A stretch of DNA of 64,000 nucleotides, taken from Eledone cirrhosa. Taxonomy: Eukaryota. Under the pieces are notes generated by a model. That model had not been told where the DNA came from and did no database searches. It saw nothing but the letters and a program-made list of their open reading frames with translations. Every line of letters starts with the position of its first letter. The first letter of the stretch is position 1. Below, in pieces: positions 14,732 through 33,182 of this stretch. The stretch lies in the NCBI GenBank assembly GCA_964016885.1, contig OZ024742.1, forward strand, positions 108,128,001 to 108,192,000. Direction: 5' to 3'. The position numbers and the translations under genes were made by a program.

Positions 14732-14930
14732 AAGAGGGTCTACTGAAAAGCTCATAGGCTGACCAAGATACTCTCACGGACTGACCAAATGAGGTTTATT
14801 TTTTCAACATAGTCTCTAGAAAGAAATAATGCAGTTATTAATGAGGGTTGAATTTAATGCATGTAAGATTTCACAGCTTTAGCATCACTACTTCATAGTC
14901 AGCCTATGAACTTTTCAATCCAGTTTCGTA
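14732..14930. mobile_element. Mariner-derived MITE
   Basis: Terminal inverted repeats tgaaaagctcataggctgac / gtcagcctatgaacttttca, ending ..tcgTA. Confidence 0.7.
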
Positions 14931-15114
14931 CATTCCTCTAATTCTCTTGCTGTGTAATATGAAACAATCGATATTACTAAAACATTGCCTTGCCTTGCTA
15001 TTTAGGTGAGGAAATTGCAAGGTTCTCCATATGACTGCGTGTTAGCTGTCTTTTTGTTTATATTATTTAACCTATCACCATTTTGTGCTCCCTCACCTAT
15101 ACATACTCATACTC

Positions 15115-15270
<156 letters not shown>

Positions 15271-15379
15271 ATATATTACGGAGACTGAAAGAAGATCGAA
15301 AAGAACACGAATTACTGTAGTACTCGATGTATATTGTGGTGTAGATTAGGTATATTTATAAAGTGGTACGCGTTCGTAG

Positions 15380-16110
15380 AAAACTCAGTAGCAAATCTAC
15401 AAACACTGCTGAATAAATTTTACATGTCTGGAGATCAACATCAAAGAGACAAAAGTAATGGCAGCATGCTAGGCAGAAGAAAGAAATGAACATACGGTGC
15501 CAAGGTACCAAGCTTGAACAAGTCGAGAAGTTCAAATACCTTGGTTCAATACTTGAGCAGACGGCAGAAGGAAGTTGGGAAATTAGGGTCAGACTAGCAA
15601 CTGCAAGAACAATCCTGAGCACACGAGGCAGACTTTGGAAGGATAGGGCTCTTACAAAGTCCACCAAAAAGAAAATAATTAAAACATTAGTGTGGCCTGT
15701 AGCTCTATATGGTTGTGTGTCATGGATGCTAAAGGCAACTGACTTGAAACTACTGAGTGCATTTGAAATGTCATGCTATAGACGTGCACTTAGAATTAGC
15801 TGGACAGTTCACAAAACAAGAGATTGGTGCCAATCAACAGTTGGTTGAAACAGTAAGGAAAAGGAAACTTCAGTATTTTGGTCATGTCATCAGAGCCCAA
15901 AATGTGACTACCCACATCTTTGAGGGACGGATACAAGGTAAAAAAGGCCAAGGAACGGCAGAAAAGGAAATGGATAGCTGTTATTAAGAAATGGACAGGA
16001 AGGAGTTTGGCGGAATGTACGGCAATGGCAAAAGACAGGAAAAGATGGAGAGTGCTGGTGCACGAGTTCATGATCTGTGACCCTGAGATATGCGGATGGG
16101 TTGAGAAGAA
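15380..16110 (+). mobile_element. RTE-clade LINE 3' fragment, frameshifted
   Basis: LEQVEKFKYLGS, LVWPVALYGCVSW, AFEMSCYRRALRISW, RKLQYFGHVIR. Confidence 0.9.
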
Positions 16111-16609
16111 GAACGTCCGAACAAAAAGACCTAGTATGTTATCAATTCCACCTACGTATCACAAATGCTGCCACTAACTTTGTTCATCGCAAATGATGTG
16201 AACACGTGACTGACCCATTAGAATTCATTACTGTTTATTAAATGATATATAAAACAGTGTTCGTGAGCATTTTTGTCCCACGCCCCATTAATCCCAAGAC
16301 AAAAATCTGTACCTCGCCATGATCGGACAAAGTTTGTATATATCATATTATATATCATAGAATATAATAGCATAGTATAATAGCATAGTATATAGCATAA
16401 TATATATAGCATACTACATAGTATATAGCATAGTATATAACATCACATATAACATCGTATATAACATCGTATATAGCATAGTATATAGAATAGTATATAC
16501 CATAGTACATACCATAGCATATACCAGAGTATATACGCCCCATTCTAAAATCCCATTATCCCCTTGAAAAAGACTGATATATAATAAGTATATTTACCAA
16601 GTAAGCAGT

Positions 16610-16935
16610 TTCCTCTTGTTTTCCTTTGTCAACTTATTTCTGGGAGGGTCGTGGTAGTCCTCAAGAAGCAATTATTTTGAAATGATCCAAAAGAGACTAG
16701 CTGAGCTCATGTATGTTATCCAACTTTCTGTCTCGGCATCTAACCCTAGGTCTTCTGCTAGTTGTTGTTTTTTTTGCCCATAAAATCTGTCCAGTAATTC
16801 TTTTCTTAGATATTCTGACCACATGTCCGTAGTATCGGAGCTGTTATCGCTCAATTCGGTGAAGTAGTGGCTCTATGAGTAACGTTACTTCAAAAACTCT
16901 TCAGAGGATCTCCATTTTAGCTGCTTGTATACAAT
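16610..16935 (-). mobile_element. RTE-clade LINE 3' fragment, same family as 32530-33182
   Basis: Minus strand: IQAAKMEIL*RVFEVTLL..EPLLHRIER*QLRYYGHVVRI. Confidence 0.8.
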
Positions 16936-17449
16936 CGCGAATATGACCATTTTCCTCTTTTATGTTATATAACCTTATGTGTAATTCAATTAAATTTTGT
17001 AAGGAAAAATTCTGTAAACATATTCCCGAATCTTAACAGTTTTGTAATCATACTTCTCATAAAATATATAACCCATCCATTTTAATTTATTTTGAAAATA
17101 ATCAAGAATTTGACGGAATTTTGTAAAATAGCGTAACCTGTCCATCATAAGTTAATGGTGGAAACATTATTTCAAAGATTCTTATACATAAATGGTGAAA
17201 GGTTTAATTTACATAGAAGCAATTTTAGGCATGTTGGTATCAAAAGGGTTAAAACATGCAGGCGTAGCTGTAATCTAATTTGGAAATTTGTTTAATGAGT
17301 AGTGACTCAATCGATATATAAACGTTATTTAACCTTTAGAAATACCTCAGGCATACTTCTGCTACGATTTTATGGTCTCTATATATCTCCTCCCAATATG
17401 GAAAGATTATTGAAAAGCTATTTCACATGGAGCTTCCTTTGGTTATATA

Positions 17450-17950
17450 TAATTGTTTCTCATTTAGGTACAAGGCCAGCAACCTGAGCGAAAAAGTAAG
17501 TCGATTTTACTGATCCCAGTACTTAACAGTTACTTTATTTTATCGATCCCTAAAGAATGAAAGGCAAAGTTGACCTCGGCGGGATTTGAACTCAGAATAT
17601 ATAGAACCTAAATAAGTACCGCAAAGTATTGTGTCCAACATTATAACTATTCTGCCAAAACACCACTCTGTTTAAATATATCTAAAAATATGCCATCGTT
17701 ACTATGGTTGTATTGCAGAATACAGGTTGCTTTGAATGACTTGATAAGATTTCTAACTTCATTCTTTATATACCTTTCAGGAATTCTAGGGCTTTCTTTT
17801 AGTTGAAGGTAGCGAATTGGTAGATTCTTTAGGACGTCATATTAAAATAACCTCGTTATATATTCCAGCTCACTGCAATCTGTTTTGAAATCCAGTTGAG
17901 GACAATATTGCCTTTTCACGGTTGATAAAGTACCAGTCCAGTCCAGTACG
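17450..17950. mobile_element. Two SINE family A copies in opposite orientation (17450-17668 minus, 17806-17950 plus)
   Basis: gaaaggcaaagttgacctcggcgggatttgaactcag and a diverged plus-strand tgaaatccagttgagg..gataaagtaccag. Confidence 0.7.
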
Positions 17951-18902
17951 CGGGTCTATTCTTCCACTCTTCCACTATCCCTCTTTCCCCACCAGTCTCT
18001 CTCCTCCACATGACCGCCCCTCCCTTTCGAAGAAACCAGGTGAAACGAGAGATGGGCCTGCCAGGTTTAAAATGCTCCAAACACGCCATGTGTCAGGATG
18101 TCGTCCCTACGATCCCATTAGGAATGTAGGACCCTTTATTTTATTTTTCTCGTTAAAAATTATATTTTATTGTCTGTAAATATGATGTGATGGCCAATGC
18201 TTATGAAAGCTGTGAAACGAATAGGAAAATAAAGAAAGAGAGGGACTGGAGAAGAAAAGATGATATGAAAAATACTTAAAAGGTAGATTAGAATGTTTGA
18301 TAGTTGTGTACGAACTGTGATACTTACAGTTGTTTTTCAGTTCACCATAGTAGTTATTTGTGAAATGCAATAGAGTAGACCACCTTCGGTTTCGATAACG
18401 AGTTTCCTTGTTGGTCGATAAACGGAACAGGCTGCTAGAGAAATTATTGTGAAAGTCATTCACCGTTCTCTAAACACGTGTGTCCCTAATGTAATTCGCA
18501 GGGAGGTTCAGCATGATACAGTGTGTGAAAATGCTTAATCTTTGCAATACACACATATTCCGATCGCTGGCGTCCAGGCGGTTCTTGTCCAAACAATTTC
18601 ATTCGGAAGACATGGGGCCATCCGAGACTATGGTAAACGACACTTAACCAGTCATGATACGTCCATTGATGAAACTATGCAGTAAGCTAGCACAAATTAT
18701 TTCAATGACATATTCGCTCGACATTTCCTTCTAGCGAGATTCAGGACTTTCGTTTAACATATTACTAGAAACACGTAAAAAAAAAGAAGAAAATCCTAAT
18801 ATGCAACATATTGTTAGTTGAGTGTCTAAATATAGAGAAAATATATCTGTACAGAAAATAGAAGCAGATATCTCCTTTTAACATTTACTAATTTCTGTCT
18901 TC

Positions 18903-19065
<163 letters not shown>

Positions 19066-19206
19066 AAAAAAAGATGAAATCGAAAATGCAACTGGAGTCT
19101 TATTTTTAAAAAATAAATATATATTTATTTGGTTCCTTTACCGGTTTCGCAGTTCTTCTGCTTTTCAAAAGTAGAGTTGAGATGGAGGGTCTGTGGTTTT
19201 TCTCAC

Positions 19207-19247
<41 letters not shown>

Positions 19248-19697
19248 CATACATAAACTAGTTGAGATGAGTTGATAACACTATCAAATAAAGGCATAGA
19301 ATAATTCAAAGCTCAAATGTGATTTTATATTCCTCACCAAGATAGGTAAAAGACAGTTCAGAATTTAATCCAATCAGTAAATTTCCTATCACAGTAAATT
19401 TCCTAGTGAACTGGAGTTGTATTTCATAGCTTGATATATATATATATATACGTCAAGTCTCTCTCTATATCTATGTATGTGTATTCGTATCTGCATATGT
19501 GTGTATCTGTATACATGTGGATGTATATGTGTAGGTATATGTATGTATATATATGTGTGTAAATGTATGTATTTGTATGTGTATATATGTGTGTATGTGA
19601 GTGTGTATATAAATGTATATGTATATATGTATATATATATAAGTGTATGTATGTATATATATGTATATGTGTATATGTATATATGTATATATATATA

Positions 19698-19880
19698 TAC
19701 GAGGGTAATCTCAAAAGTAAGGTCTCCAAAGCGATGGGGACGCAGAGAAACTGTTCGTACGGCTGTTGGCAACACTGTTGTGATTGGTGCTTCCTTCACT
19801 CCCAAACAAGCATGCGCGCGCTTCGCTGGGATGCTCAATCTTGGCTTGGCAGCCGTTGAGAATGGAGCTCCCGTTGAACG
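19698..19880 (+). mobile_element. Mariner-like 5' end relic
   Basis: TA-CGAGGGTAATCTCAAAAGTAAGG resembles a mariner TIR; followed by a leader and an ATG (MELPL) that is then interrupted. Confidence 0.45.
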
Positions 19881-19977
19881 CTACCATATGCAAATGAGAT
19901 TATTCACCTCATTTGCACAGACGAGGAAACTGTATATTCTCGCCTGTCTCCTAGTCCAGCAGTTGCAGGCGGTGGGA

Positions 19978-20030
19978 GGGACCGTCCTGACGAAGACCAG
20001 TTAAGCCTGAAATGCATAGACGGTTGTCCC
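19978..20030 (+). ncRNA. Type I hammerhead ribozyme with minimal stem III
   Basis: Stem I accgtc/gacggt, CTGACGA 19987-19993, imperfect stem II, GAAA 20009-20012, palindromic ATGCAT, predicted cleavage after 20018. Confidence 0.7.
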
Positions 20031-20139
20031 CCTTACTCCGGCTGGACATCACCAGAGGGCGTTAGCCCCCCGGTGTTTGCATAGCTACGGCTTCCTAAAA
20101 CCGTGTTTCTTTGGAGATACGAAATATTTATATATATAC

Positions 20140-20225
<86 letters not shown>

Positions 20226-20674
20226 ATATCTACAATGGAGCTGATACGACATCCATCAAAGTGCCAGCTTGCATGGTAACTGAATGCTCTGCTTGTGCGT
20301 AAGTGTTTGGTGAGATATTACATATCGCAATATGATGAGATATTCAAAAACAATATACTATTGAGTTGTACACTTATATGGTATACTGGCTGAGTGGTGG
20401 GAGGATGATTCATAGTCATATGGTTATATATATATTATAATTTTCTTTCATATATATATATATACATATATATATATTCATTATAAAAATTAAATTCTAT
20501 ATGTAGGTGGGCCCCCTTCATCTCCTGGCAACCAATATTTTTAGACTCAGTCTGCCACTGTATGTATACACACACACACACACATGTATGTATATATGTA
20601 TACACACACACATATATATATATATTCAAAATAATTTAACCACCAACGAATATTTTTATAACTATTACAAGAAA

Positions 20675-20863
20675 TAATTGTTTCTACTTTTGGCACAAGG
20701 CCAGCAATTACCCAGTACATTACTGGTGCTTTATTCTATCGACCCCATAAGGATGAAAGGCAAAGTTAACCTCAGAGGGATTTGAACTCAGACTGTAAAG
20801 GGACGTAACTATACTGGAAAGCATGGCGTCCGACTCTCTACCGATACTGCCAATCCACAGCCC
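20675..20863 (-). mobile_element. SINE family A, near full length
   Basis: Reverse complement of the 53674-53845 copy, including the B box. Confidence 0.85.
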
Positions 20864-21165
20864 TGTTTACATGAAATAATAATAGTATTATTAACTGATT
20901 CTGATTAACGTATTGTTTGGAAATGCATGTACTATTATGACCTGTATAGAAACGTACGTAGAAATTTAAGAATAGATTTAAGTTGTTAACCTAGGTTTTT
21001 CTCTATTTTAGATATTAATGCTCTGCTACCAGTATTGTCCTCAACAACAAAAACTTTAACTTTCGAAGAATATCTGTCCGTTTTTAATTCCTTACATACT
21101 GAGGACTTTTAGTGTGCATTGAGCTTCTCTTACTTTACCAAAAATATTAGTGGAATACTCCATTA

Positions 21166-21460
<295 letters not shown>

Positions 21461-21462
<2 letters not shown>

Positions 21463-22808
21463 GTGAATATAGACACAGAATATTCGAAAATATTCTGTAT
21501 GTTTATAATAAACATTTTGAAGACCTAATCGCTATAGAATAGAATACGTCACGTATTACAATTAGATTCTCGATAAAAGCAAGGGAAGTAAGTCTACGCG
21601 TTTCATTCTTGTTAGAATTCATCAGGACTACATATCCAGTGCTTTCATCGAGAATGACACAGCTAGAGACTTATAGAATACTTAGCTGTGTACAGGAACT
21701 GGTTTGAAAGAGCGGTTGCCGGTCCGGCAGAAATTAGAAATTGGAATAAATGCTCTGAAATAGCGATATATATGTGAATATAGACACAGAATATTCGAAA
21801 ATATTCTGTATGTTTATAATAAACATTTTGAAGACCTAATCGCTATAGAATAGAATACGTCACGTATTACAATTAGATTCTCGATAAAAGCAAGGGAAGT
21901 AAGTCTACGCGTTTCATTCTTGTTAGAATTCATCAGGACTACATATCCAGTGCTTTCATCGAGAATGACACAGCTAGAGACTTATAGAATACTTAGCTGT
22001 GTACAGGAACTGGTTTGAAAGAGCGGTTGCCGGTCCGGCAGAAATTAGAAATTGGAATAAATGCTCTGAAATAGCGATATATATGTGAATATAGACACAG
22101 AATATTCGAAAATATTCTGTATGTTTATAATAAACATTTTGAAGACCTAATCGCTATAGAATAGAATACGTCACGTATTACAATTAGATTCTCGATAAAA
22201 GCAAGGGAAGTAAGTCTACGCGTTTCATTCTTGTTAGAATTCATCAGGACTACATATCCAGTGCTTTCATCGAGAATGACACAGCTAGAGACTTATAGAA
22301 TACTTAGCTGTGTACAGGAACTGGTTTGAAAGAGCGGTTGCCGGTCCGGCAGAAATTAGAAATTGGAATAAATGCTCTGAAATAGCGATATATATGTGAA
22401 TATAGACACAGAATATTCGAAAATATTCTGTATGTTTATAATAAACATTTTGAAGACCTAATCGCTATAGAATAGAATACGTCACGTATTACAATTAGAT
22501 TCTCGATAAAAGCAAGGGAAGTAAGTCTACGCGTTTCATTCTTGTTAGAATTCATCAGGACTACATATCCAGTGCTTTCATCGAGAATGACACAGCTAGA
22601 GACTTATAGAATACTTAGCTGTGTACAGGAACTGGTTTGAAAGAGCGGTTGCCGGTCCGGCAGAAATTAGAAATTGGAATAAATGCTCTGAAATAGCGAT
22701 ATATATGTGAATATAGACACAGAATATTCGAAAATATTCTGTATGTTTATAATAAACATTTTGAAGACCTAATCGCTATAGAATAGAATACGTCACGTAT
22801 TACAATTA
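21461..22808 (-). mobile_element. 311-bp HHR tandem array (retrozyme-like), left block, ~4.3 units, 4 HHRs
   Basis: atgtgaat recurs at 21461, 21772, 22083, 22394, 22705; minus-strand HHRs at 21588-21631, 21899-21942, 22210-22253, 22521-22564. Confidence 0.92.
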
Positions 22809-22810
22809 CT

Positions 22811-25989
<3,179 letters not shown>

Positions 25990-25999
25990 ATGTATGTAT

Positions 26000-26430
26000 G
26001 CCAGGCCGCTCTCGAGTGCTACTGGCAACATGTAACCCAGTACAACCAGTCCCCACAGTCGGTTCGTCGGCGACTAAACCAACAACCCCACCAAGCTAGC
26101 TTGGTGAGGAGGGTGATATTATTTGGACACCATGCGGGATGAAATACAAAACCTGGCAAAGCGCAGAGGAACTCAGCAGAGTCAACGGCCATCCAAATAG
26201 AAATGTTTTTTCTACCTGGGAGTGAAAGGCCCCCAGTTGTCACAGCACCTTTCTGGGAGAGGGAAACTCTGAAAAAAAACCCCTGCGGATTCGGAAGCAT
26301 CCGATGATATTTACCAGTTCTCCTTTTCGGGTGGTGTTTTCGATGCTCAGATAGAATTAATTAATAATTATTAATAATGGTATACCGCTCAATGGCCATA
26401 CTCGATAACGAGGGGGCAGCCATCATCATC
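26000..26430 (+). mobile_element. Non-coding interspersed element, probably RTE-derived non-autonomous
   Basis: About 270 bp shared with 61555-61810 (gtcggcgactaaacc..ggtgaggagggtgat..ggaactcagcagagtcaa); ends in an RTE-like (CAT)n tail. Confidence 0.6.
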
Positions 26431-26999
26431 ATGTATGTATGTATGTATGTATGTATGTATGTATGTATGTATGTATGTATGTATGTATGTATGTATGTAT
26501 GTAGGTATGTATGTAATATCCGGACCATATAAGAGGTGTGATCATATCTCCAGTATCCAGTTTGATATTAACCATATCCTTTTATTTTCCATTCCATGGG
26601 GGATTTTCATTCATCTTCTTCTTCCAGATGTATTTTGACAGAAAATAATCGATATGTAGACAGTTTGTTTGTATTATCGATCCTAATTTTCTTGTTAACG
26701 AAACGTACGTAGAATGTTTTGATCTCAGCAAGATCTTTGGTTATTCATTTAAGACACCCACACACACACACACTCACGCAAACATACACACAGATATATG
26801 CGTCCGGAGTCTTTGTGTGTGTATATGTGTGTACATTCTTACAGAAATTGAAAACCTGCCGCTGGCGTATATTTGAATCCTCGGATATATAATAAAATGT
26901 ATTTTGAGTCCTTCAACTAATATTAATATATGCTCAAACGATATGTTATTTTATGTCACTCTACAATTATATTATACCCGCACATGTTCACACACACAG

Positions 27000-27104
<105 letters not shown>

Positions 27105-28507
27105 ATATCTTTGTAATAACACCATGTATATTGCACAATCTTTTATCACATTTTATGTATTCTTTGTAGAAATCTTTATACTAGACTAAATATAAAAAAA
27201 TAACAAAGTGAATTTGGTTAAAAGTATATCATTCTAGATATTAATACTAAAGTTAGGCTTGTGTCTTGTTACTCTAGAGTTCTAGTTATGTTCTCACCAT
27301 TGCATCTACAATTTCAATTAAGTAAACATTAGTCCCAATATATTAATCTACACTTAATATATTCTTCATACCGGCGTACTCCTATGAACTCTCTTTCAGC
27401 TGTGCTCAGCCTCATTTTATTAGTATTAAGAAATCCACAGTGTGCTTTTCCTTTTAGCTTGGTTGCATGTTAATTGAGAAGTGTTTGGGTGCTAGTTCTA
27501 CCCAGTCTAACAGCAATATAAAGACTCTCTTATTATGTAGACATGGTAGGTATGAGACCATTGATTGCTCTAATTTACAGAATTAAAACTGACATACGTT
27601 AAAAAACGTTTTATATTAAAACATTTTGTATTAAGTTAAAAAAAACTTTATATTTAGTAAATATGAGAAAATCAGTAAGAAAGACTCTTTTCTCTTTTGC
27701 AAAAGCATTATCAGTTCTATTTTACCAAAACATTATTAATTCTATTTTACTAGAGCATTCTGGGTCCTATTTTTCCGAAGCATTATTAGTCCTATTTTAC
27801 TAAATCGCCAAAGTTGCATCGCTGCTTGAATGAAGCGTAGGAGACATTCTGTTTAAATATTTTCTGTATGAAATTTAGAAACGTAGTGATGATCAATTAT
27901 ATATATCCAGTTTACGTAATTTCATTTCTACTTAACGTCCAATTTGAGAGAGAGACACATTTAACATTTAAAAGTGGATTAATGGATCTCAATGCTTAAT
28001 GGTTGCTTCTACAAATGGAACAATTACTTCAACTGTATTTCAGTGAGCCTCTTTAATGTGCAAGATTACAGATGGATGTTCTCTCACTGTCCTTGGATTC
28101 CAAAAGCATTTATCTAGGAGGACGGCAGCAAAGATGGTAAAAAAAGTCAGTCCAAATCGTCAATCTAATTATTGCAGATGTCAAGTCCTCCCGGATCATG
28201 AGGCGATGATTCGGGGATGCTAAAAGTTTACTATATATACTGATTTGCTAATTATCGATTTCTAATTTTTGAATTGGAGAATATTTCCATGGGTCGAAAC
28301 CATAGTAGAGGTGCTGAGATGTATTTTAACTGTTTCTTTGTTAAATTGTTGGAATTCTGAAAATTCCTTTGATTGGTATCAGCCTAAAATTTTCTATTCG
28401 CGTATCACATTGGATTTCCTCTGTAAGAATTTTTCCTGATACGTGTTATCAATGAGCAGTTCTCCAGGAAACACGGCCAAAATCATTGCAATGGCTTCTA
28501 TGCCTGG

Positions 28508-28556
<49 letters not shown>

Positions 28557-28571
28557 CTCTCTCTTTCTCTC

Positions 28572-28654
<83 letters not shown>

Positions 28655-28658
28655 GGGG

Positions 28659-28768
<110 letters not shown>

Positions 28769-28995
28769 TTCAGTCTAATGAGAAATTGTGTGTTACAGAG
28801 AAATTGTGTGTATATAAATATATTAACACTGACGACAGTATGATTCACATGAACATTTATGTAATTATATATTAGAATATTAAAATACCATACTTCATCA
28901 CTTCCATGTGTCAGTAATCAATATAAAGTATGTTTATATATGTAAATATATATATTTATCATGTGTGTGTACAAATATGTATATATATTCATATA

Positions 28996-29074
<79 letters not shown>

Positions 29075-29081
<7 letters not shown>

Positions 29082-29606
29082 AAGTTAAATAAAAGTCAAA
29101 TGATTAAAATTTAGCTTCGTTTATTACTGCTATATATATTTCAGTGACAGCCATCTTTGGCTGTGACCTCTTCAGGCAGTTTGAATTAGTATTGTATAGA
29201 CAAGTACATATGTTGTTTAGGTGTATGATATTGTCAATACTCTGATATGCCCAGTTCCTTGCTGGCTTGTTAATTCACTGGGGAACTGGAGTCATATGAC
29301 TCCAGTTCCCCAGTGAATTAACAAGCCAGCAAGGAACTGGGCATATCAGAGTATTGACAATATCATACACCTAAACAACATATGTACTTGTCTATACAAT
29401 ACTAATTCAAACTGCCTGAAGAGGTCACAGCCAAAGATGGCTGTCACTGAAATATATATAGCAGTAATAAACGAAGCTAAATTTTAATCATTTGACTTTT
29501 ATTTAACTTTATTTTACACTACTCCGGAGTAACCAAACCAACCTGCGCACTTCGTCGAGTGCTCCAGACTGCATACTGAGGTGTTGGTATACAACCAACA
29601 TAAACT

Positions 29607-29610
<4 letters not shown>
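29075..29610. mobile_element. Perfect 442-bp palindrome (29075-29516) with an HHR on each arm plus a 3' tail, in (TA)n
   Basis: Centre gtcatatgac at 29295/29296; plus HHR actgc-CTGAAGA-ggtcacagcc/ggctgtcact-GAAA-tatata-TA-gcagt at 29411-29465; mirror copy at 29126-29180. Confidence 0.9.
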
Positions 29611-29658
<48 letters not shown>

Positions 29659-29861
29659 TTACTGGTGAATTAGTGCGGCAAAAACTCGAGTCCGGGACCA
29701 TTATAGGCACCCGTTTTACGTGTGTTGTGTTGAAGCAAATAACTATGTGTATACTCTGGGAATGTATCTTACATTGCCCATGGAGTACGCTGAGATACAA
29801 CCGGTACTGGCATTGATAAATATGCTGGGTCATTCAACTCCTTATTATATATATATATATG

Positions 29862-30261
<400 letters not shown>

Positions 30262-30390
30262 TATATATATAAATATATATATGTGTGTGTGTGTGTGTTA
30301 AGACTCTATTCCTGCTTTTTCAAGCGTTAAACTCATTTATGTCTCTCAATGTACTGTATCGTTTCATTTGTTATTTCTGCTTACGTATTC

Positions 30391-30425
<35 letters not shown>

Positions 30426-30570
30426 TTATATATATAAACGGAGAGTCCCATCTCAACCTTAGTGATTTTTAGAGGTTGACGGAGCAGATGGGACAGTTGT
30501 CTTTCCATTGTCTCTTGTGTCCCTCGTTTTGAATATTCTAAAGACTTCGCCATGGAAGTTTCTTTTGAAA

Positions 30571-30620
<50 letters not shown>

Positions 30621-31269
30621 GATCTTGCTGGATCAGTTGGAGTCGATCACTTCTAACATGACCTGCTAATAAGTGGGCGAAGAAGAAGTATATATATTTA
30701 TACACGCAGTATATAAGAAGAAGTATATATATATACACACAGTATATAAATAAATATATCTGTAATGTCTAGACACAAGATATTGTAATATATATATAAA
30801 ATGTAACTATTGAGATTTATTTCACACTCTTTTGGTTCTGACATGATTGTAGCAATTTATTGGAACCTTCTGTGTGAAGCAAATTGAAATGAAATATGAT
30901 ACCTGTCTGGAGAATTGGATTTTGATATCAATTGGGACTGGTCTTCTCTACTTCAACTGGTGTATAACAAATTGACTACTGCCATACAGTTGGTATTTAC
31001 TGAGCATCACAATGAATTCAAACATTGAAATTCGTCACAAGGTGTAAGATCTATTTTGTTGAGGTCATTGTTTCTATGGTATAAAAAGTATATTACGTTA
31101 GAAAATGGATGGTAAGTCTGTATGTGTGAGAAAGAGATAATGCGCGTGGTATATATATATAGGTAGAAGTTAGGTAGAAGTGGTTACACAACAGTTAGTT
31201 CACTATACCGAATTGTTTCACCTTAGCGGATCCTCAGCTCGTAATGGTTGGGAGAGTAAAACAAGTATA

Positions 31270-32350
31270 ACGTTTTATTTATTTATTAACAACACAGTTT
31301 AACTCTTTTTTTTAAAAAACTCATTTGTATAAAAATTTAATATAATGCTTACAGAAAGAAAACACAAACAAATATAATGTATACAAAGGAAAGGAAATCG
31401 AAAAAAAGAAAGAGAAAAGATACACAAGCACGTAATGCACACATCTAAGACCACATAGGTTGGATAATATAGTTAGGTAACAGAACACGATAGCAAAAGA
31501 GTCACTAACTGTGACGTCCCATTCACACAAACACATACATACATTCACACATATACATTTACACAAACACACACATACAGTCATGATAGTGTTCGGTGAA
31601 TTGGAAATGGGAGGGTAAAAGTACAACTTTTTATTTATTTATTAACAACACAGTTTAACTTTTTTTTAAAACTCATTTGTATAAAAATTTAATATAATGA
31701 TTACAGAACGAAAACACTAACAAATATAATATATACAAAGGAAAGGAAAAAAAGAAAGAGAAAAATACACAAGCACGTAATACCCACATCTTAGACCACA
31801 TAGAACAATATGCAGGCGAAAGAATGGTAAAAACGAGACGTTACCAGAGCAAAAGATAGCAATATAGCGAAGAGCACTGGGGAACCTTTCTAATAATTTT
31901 TGAGGCAAGCCAGCACGCTCGCAGCGTTACCTGGGGTAATGGCGATACTGGGGTGCTGGAACAACAAAGTGTCCTCACGAGCATCACCAGATATCTCTGT
32001 TTGGCGAGCCGCCAGTGAAGATGAGATCCTCGCTGTCAGTAGTCCGACTCCCCCAAACGTTTCGAACGCCACAGGCTAGATAATGTAATTAGCTGACAGA
32101 ACACGGTATTTTAGGATTTTGTTCGATACAGCTGCAGATGCTGTAGCTCTCACCCTTACCGCTGCATCCAGGATGTGGGAAGAAGCAAATGAGTCACTAA
32201 CTGTGATATCCCAAGAAAGGCACCTGCCTCTTGACCAGGAGCACAGAGTAAGACTGTCAAGTCTTTTCCCATCAATTCTGGACAACCCAGACGGTTCCAA
32301 AATTGAGGGGGTGTTTGCCCAGGCCAAAGCTATTGAGTGGTAATAGGACA
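31270..32350 (-). mobile_element. CRE-clade-like non-LTR retrotransposon 3' end (restriction-like endonuclease) with duplicated 3' UTR
   Basis: LEPSGLSRIDGKRLD..WSRGRCLSWDITVSD..AFETFG..SIAITPGNAASVL; 31270-31460 is repeated at 31625-31803. Confidence 0.8.
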
Positions 32351-32529
32351 GTGTGTGTATGTGCACGCGCGAGTTTGTCGGTGTTCTTAAATTAGAGACA
32401 TGTGTGTCACTGTTTTTAAGTTAGAGTGATATATGTCTGTATCCCTATCCTTCCTTTTATACACACATACATTCACACAAATACACATACACATTGTGTG
32501 ACGGAGGGTTGACAGAAGTCCCGCAAATT

Positions 32530-33182
32530 TATATACATATGAATGGAGTTCTACTGAAGCAGTTAGAGAAGTTCAAGTAACTTGGAGCCGTGTTCATGAA
32601 TGATGGAAGGCAGGAGGCTGAATTAAGTGCAAGAATTGCAAAAGCTGATGCAGTAAAGCGCTAGCCTCAGCATTCAGCAATCTGAAGAAGGGGGTAGGTG
32701 TAAAAGCCAAACTCGATGTCTCTCTGGTATTCCTGCCAACACTTACCGAGGATCATGAATCTTGAGTAATGACCAAAAGAATACAATTGCAAATAAAAGC
32801 AGTAGAAATGGGATTCCTCCAAAGGGTCTTTGGAGTAACGTTACTCGATAAAGTGCATAGCTCAGAGACCAGAAAGTCACTCCTGGTAAGGCCGCTTCTT
32901 CTCCGAATTGAGAGATCACAACTCCGATATTATGAGCATGTGGTTAAAATGTCTCAGTAAAGAATCGTTGGACACATTTTACAGGCAAAATCAACTGTCA
33001 AGAGACCCAGAAGTAGACCCTGAGCAAGATAGTTGGATAACATCCATGAGCTTGGCTGGTCACGCTTTGGGATCCAGTTGCATCAGTTAGAGGTGTTTGC
33101 TTCTGACAGACTCGCTGGAAGGAGTGTTTGAGAAGGACTCTGCCCCCAAGACCCTCTCAGAAATAAGTGAGCGAGGAAGATA
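32530..33182 (+). mobile_element. RTE-clade LINE 3' fragment
   Basis: LKQLEKFK*LG, IKAVEMGFLQRVFGVTLLDKV, IERSQLRYYEHV. Confidence 0.85.

Noticed and set aside
16672-16854. 60-aa ORF that looks like a real peptide
   Set aside because: Alternative frame of a decayed RTE fragment.
26000-26090. HDV-like ribozyme at the 5' end of the RTE-related element
   Set aside because: Could not build the nested double pseudoknot by eye; needs a descriptor search.
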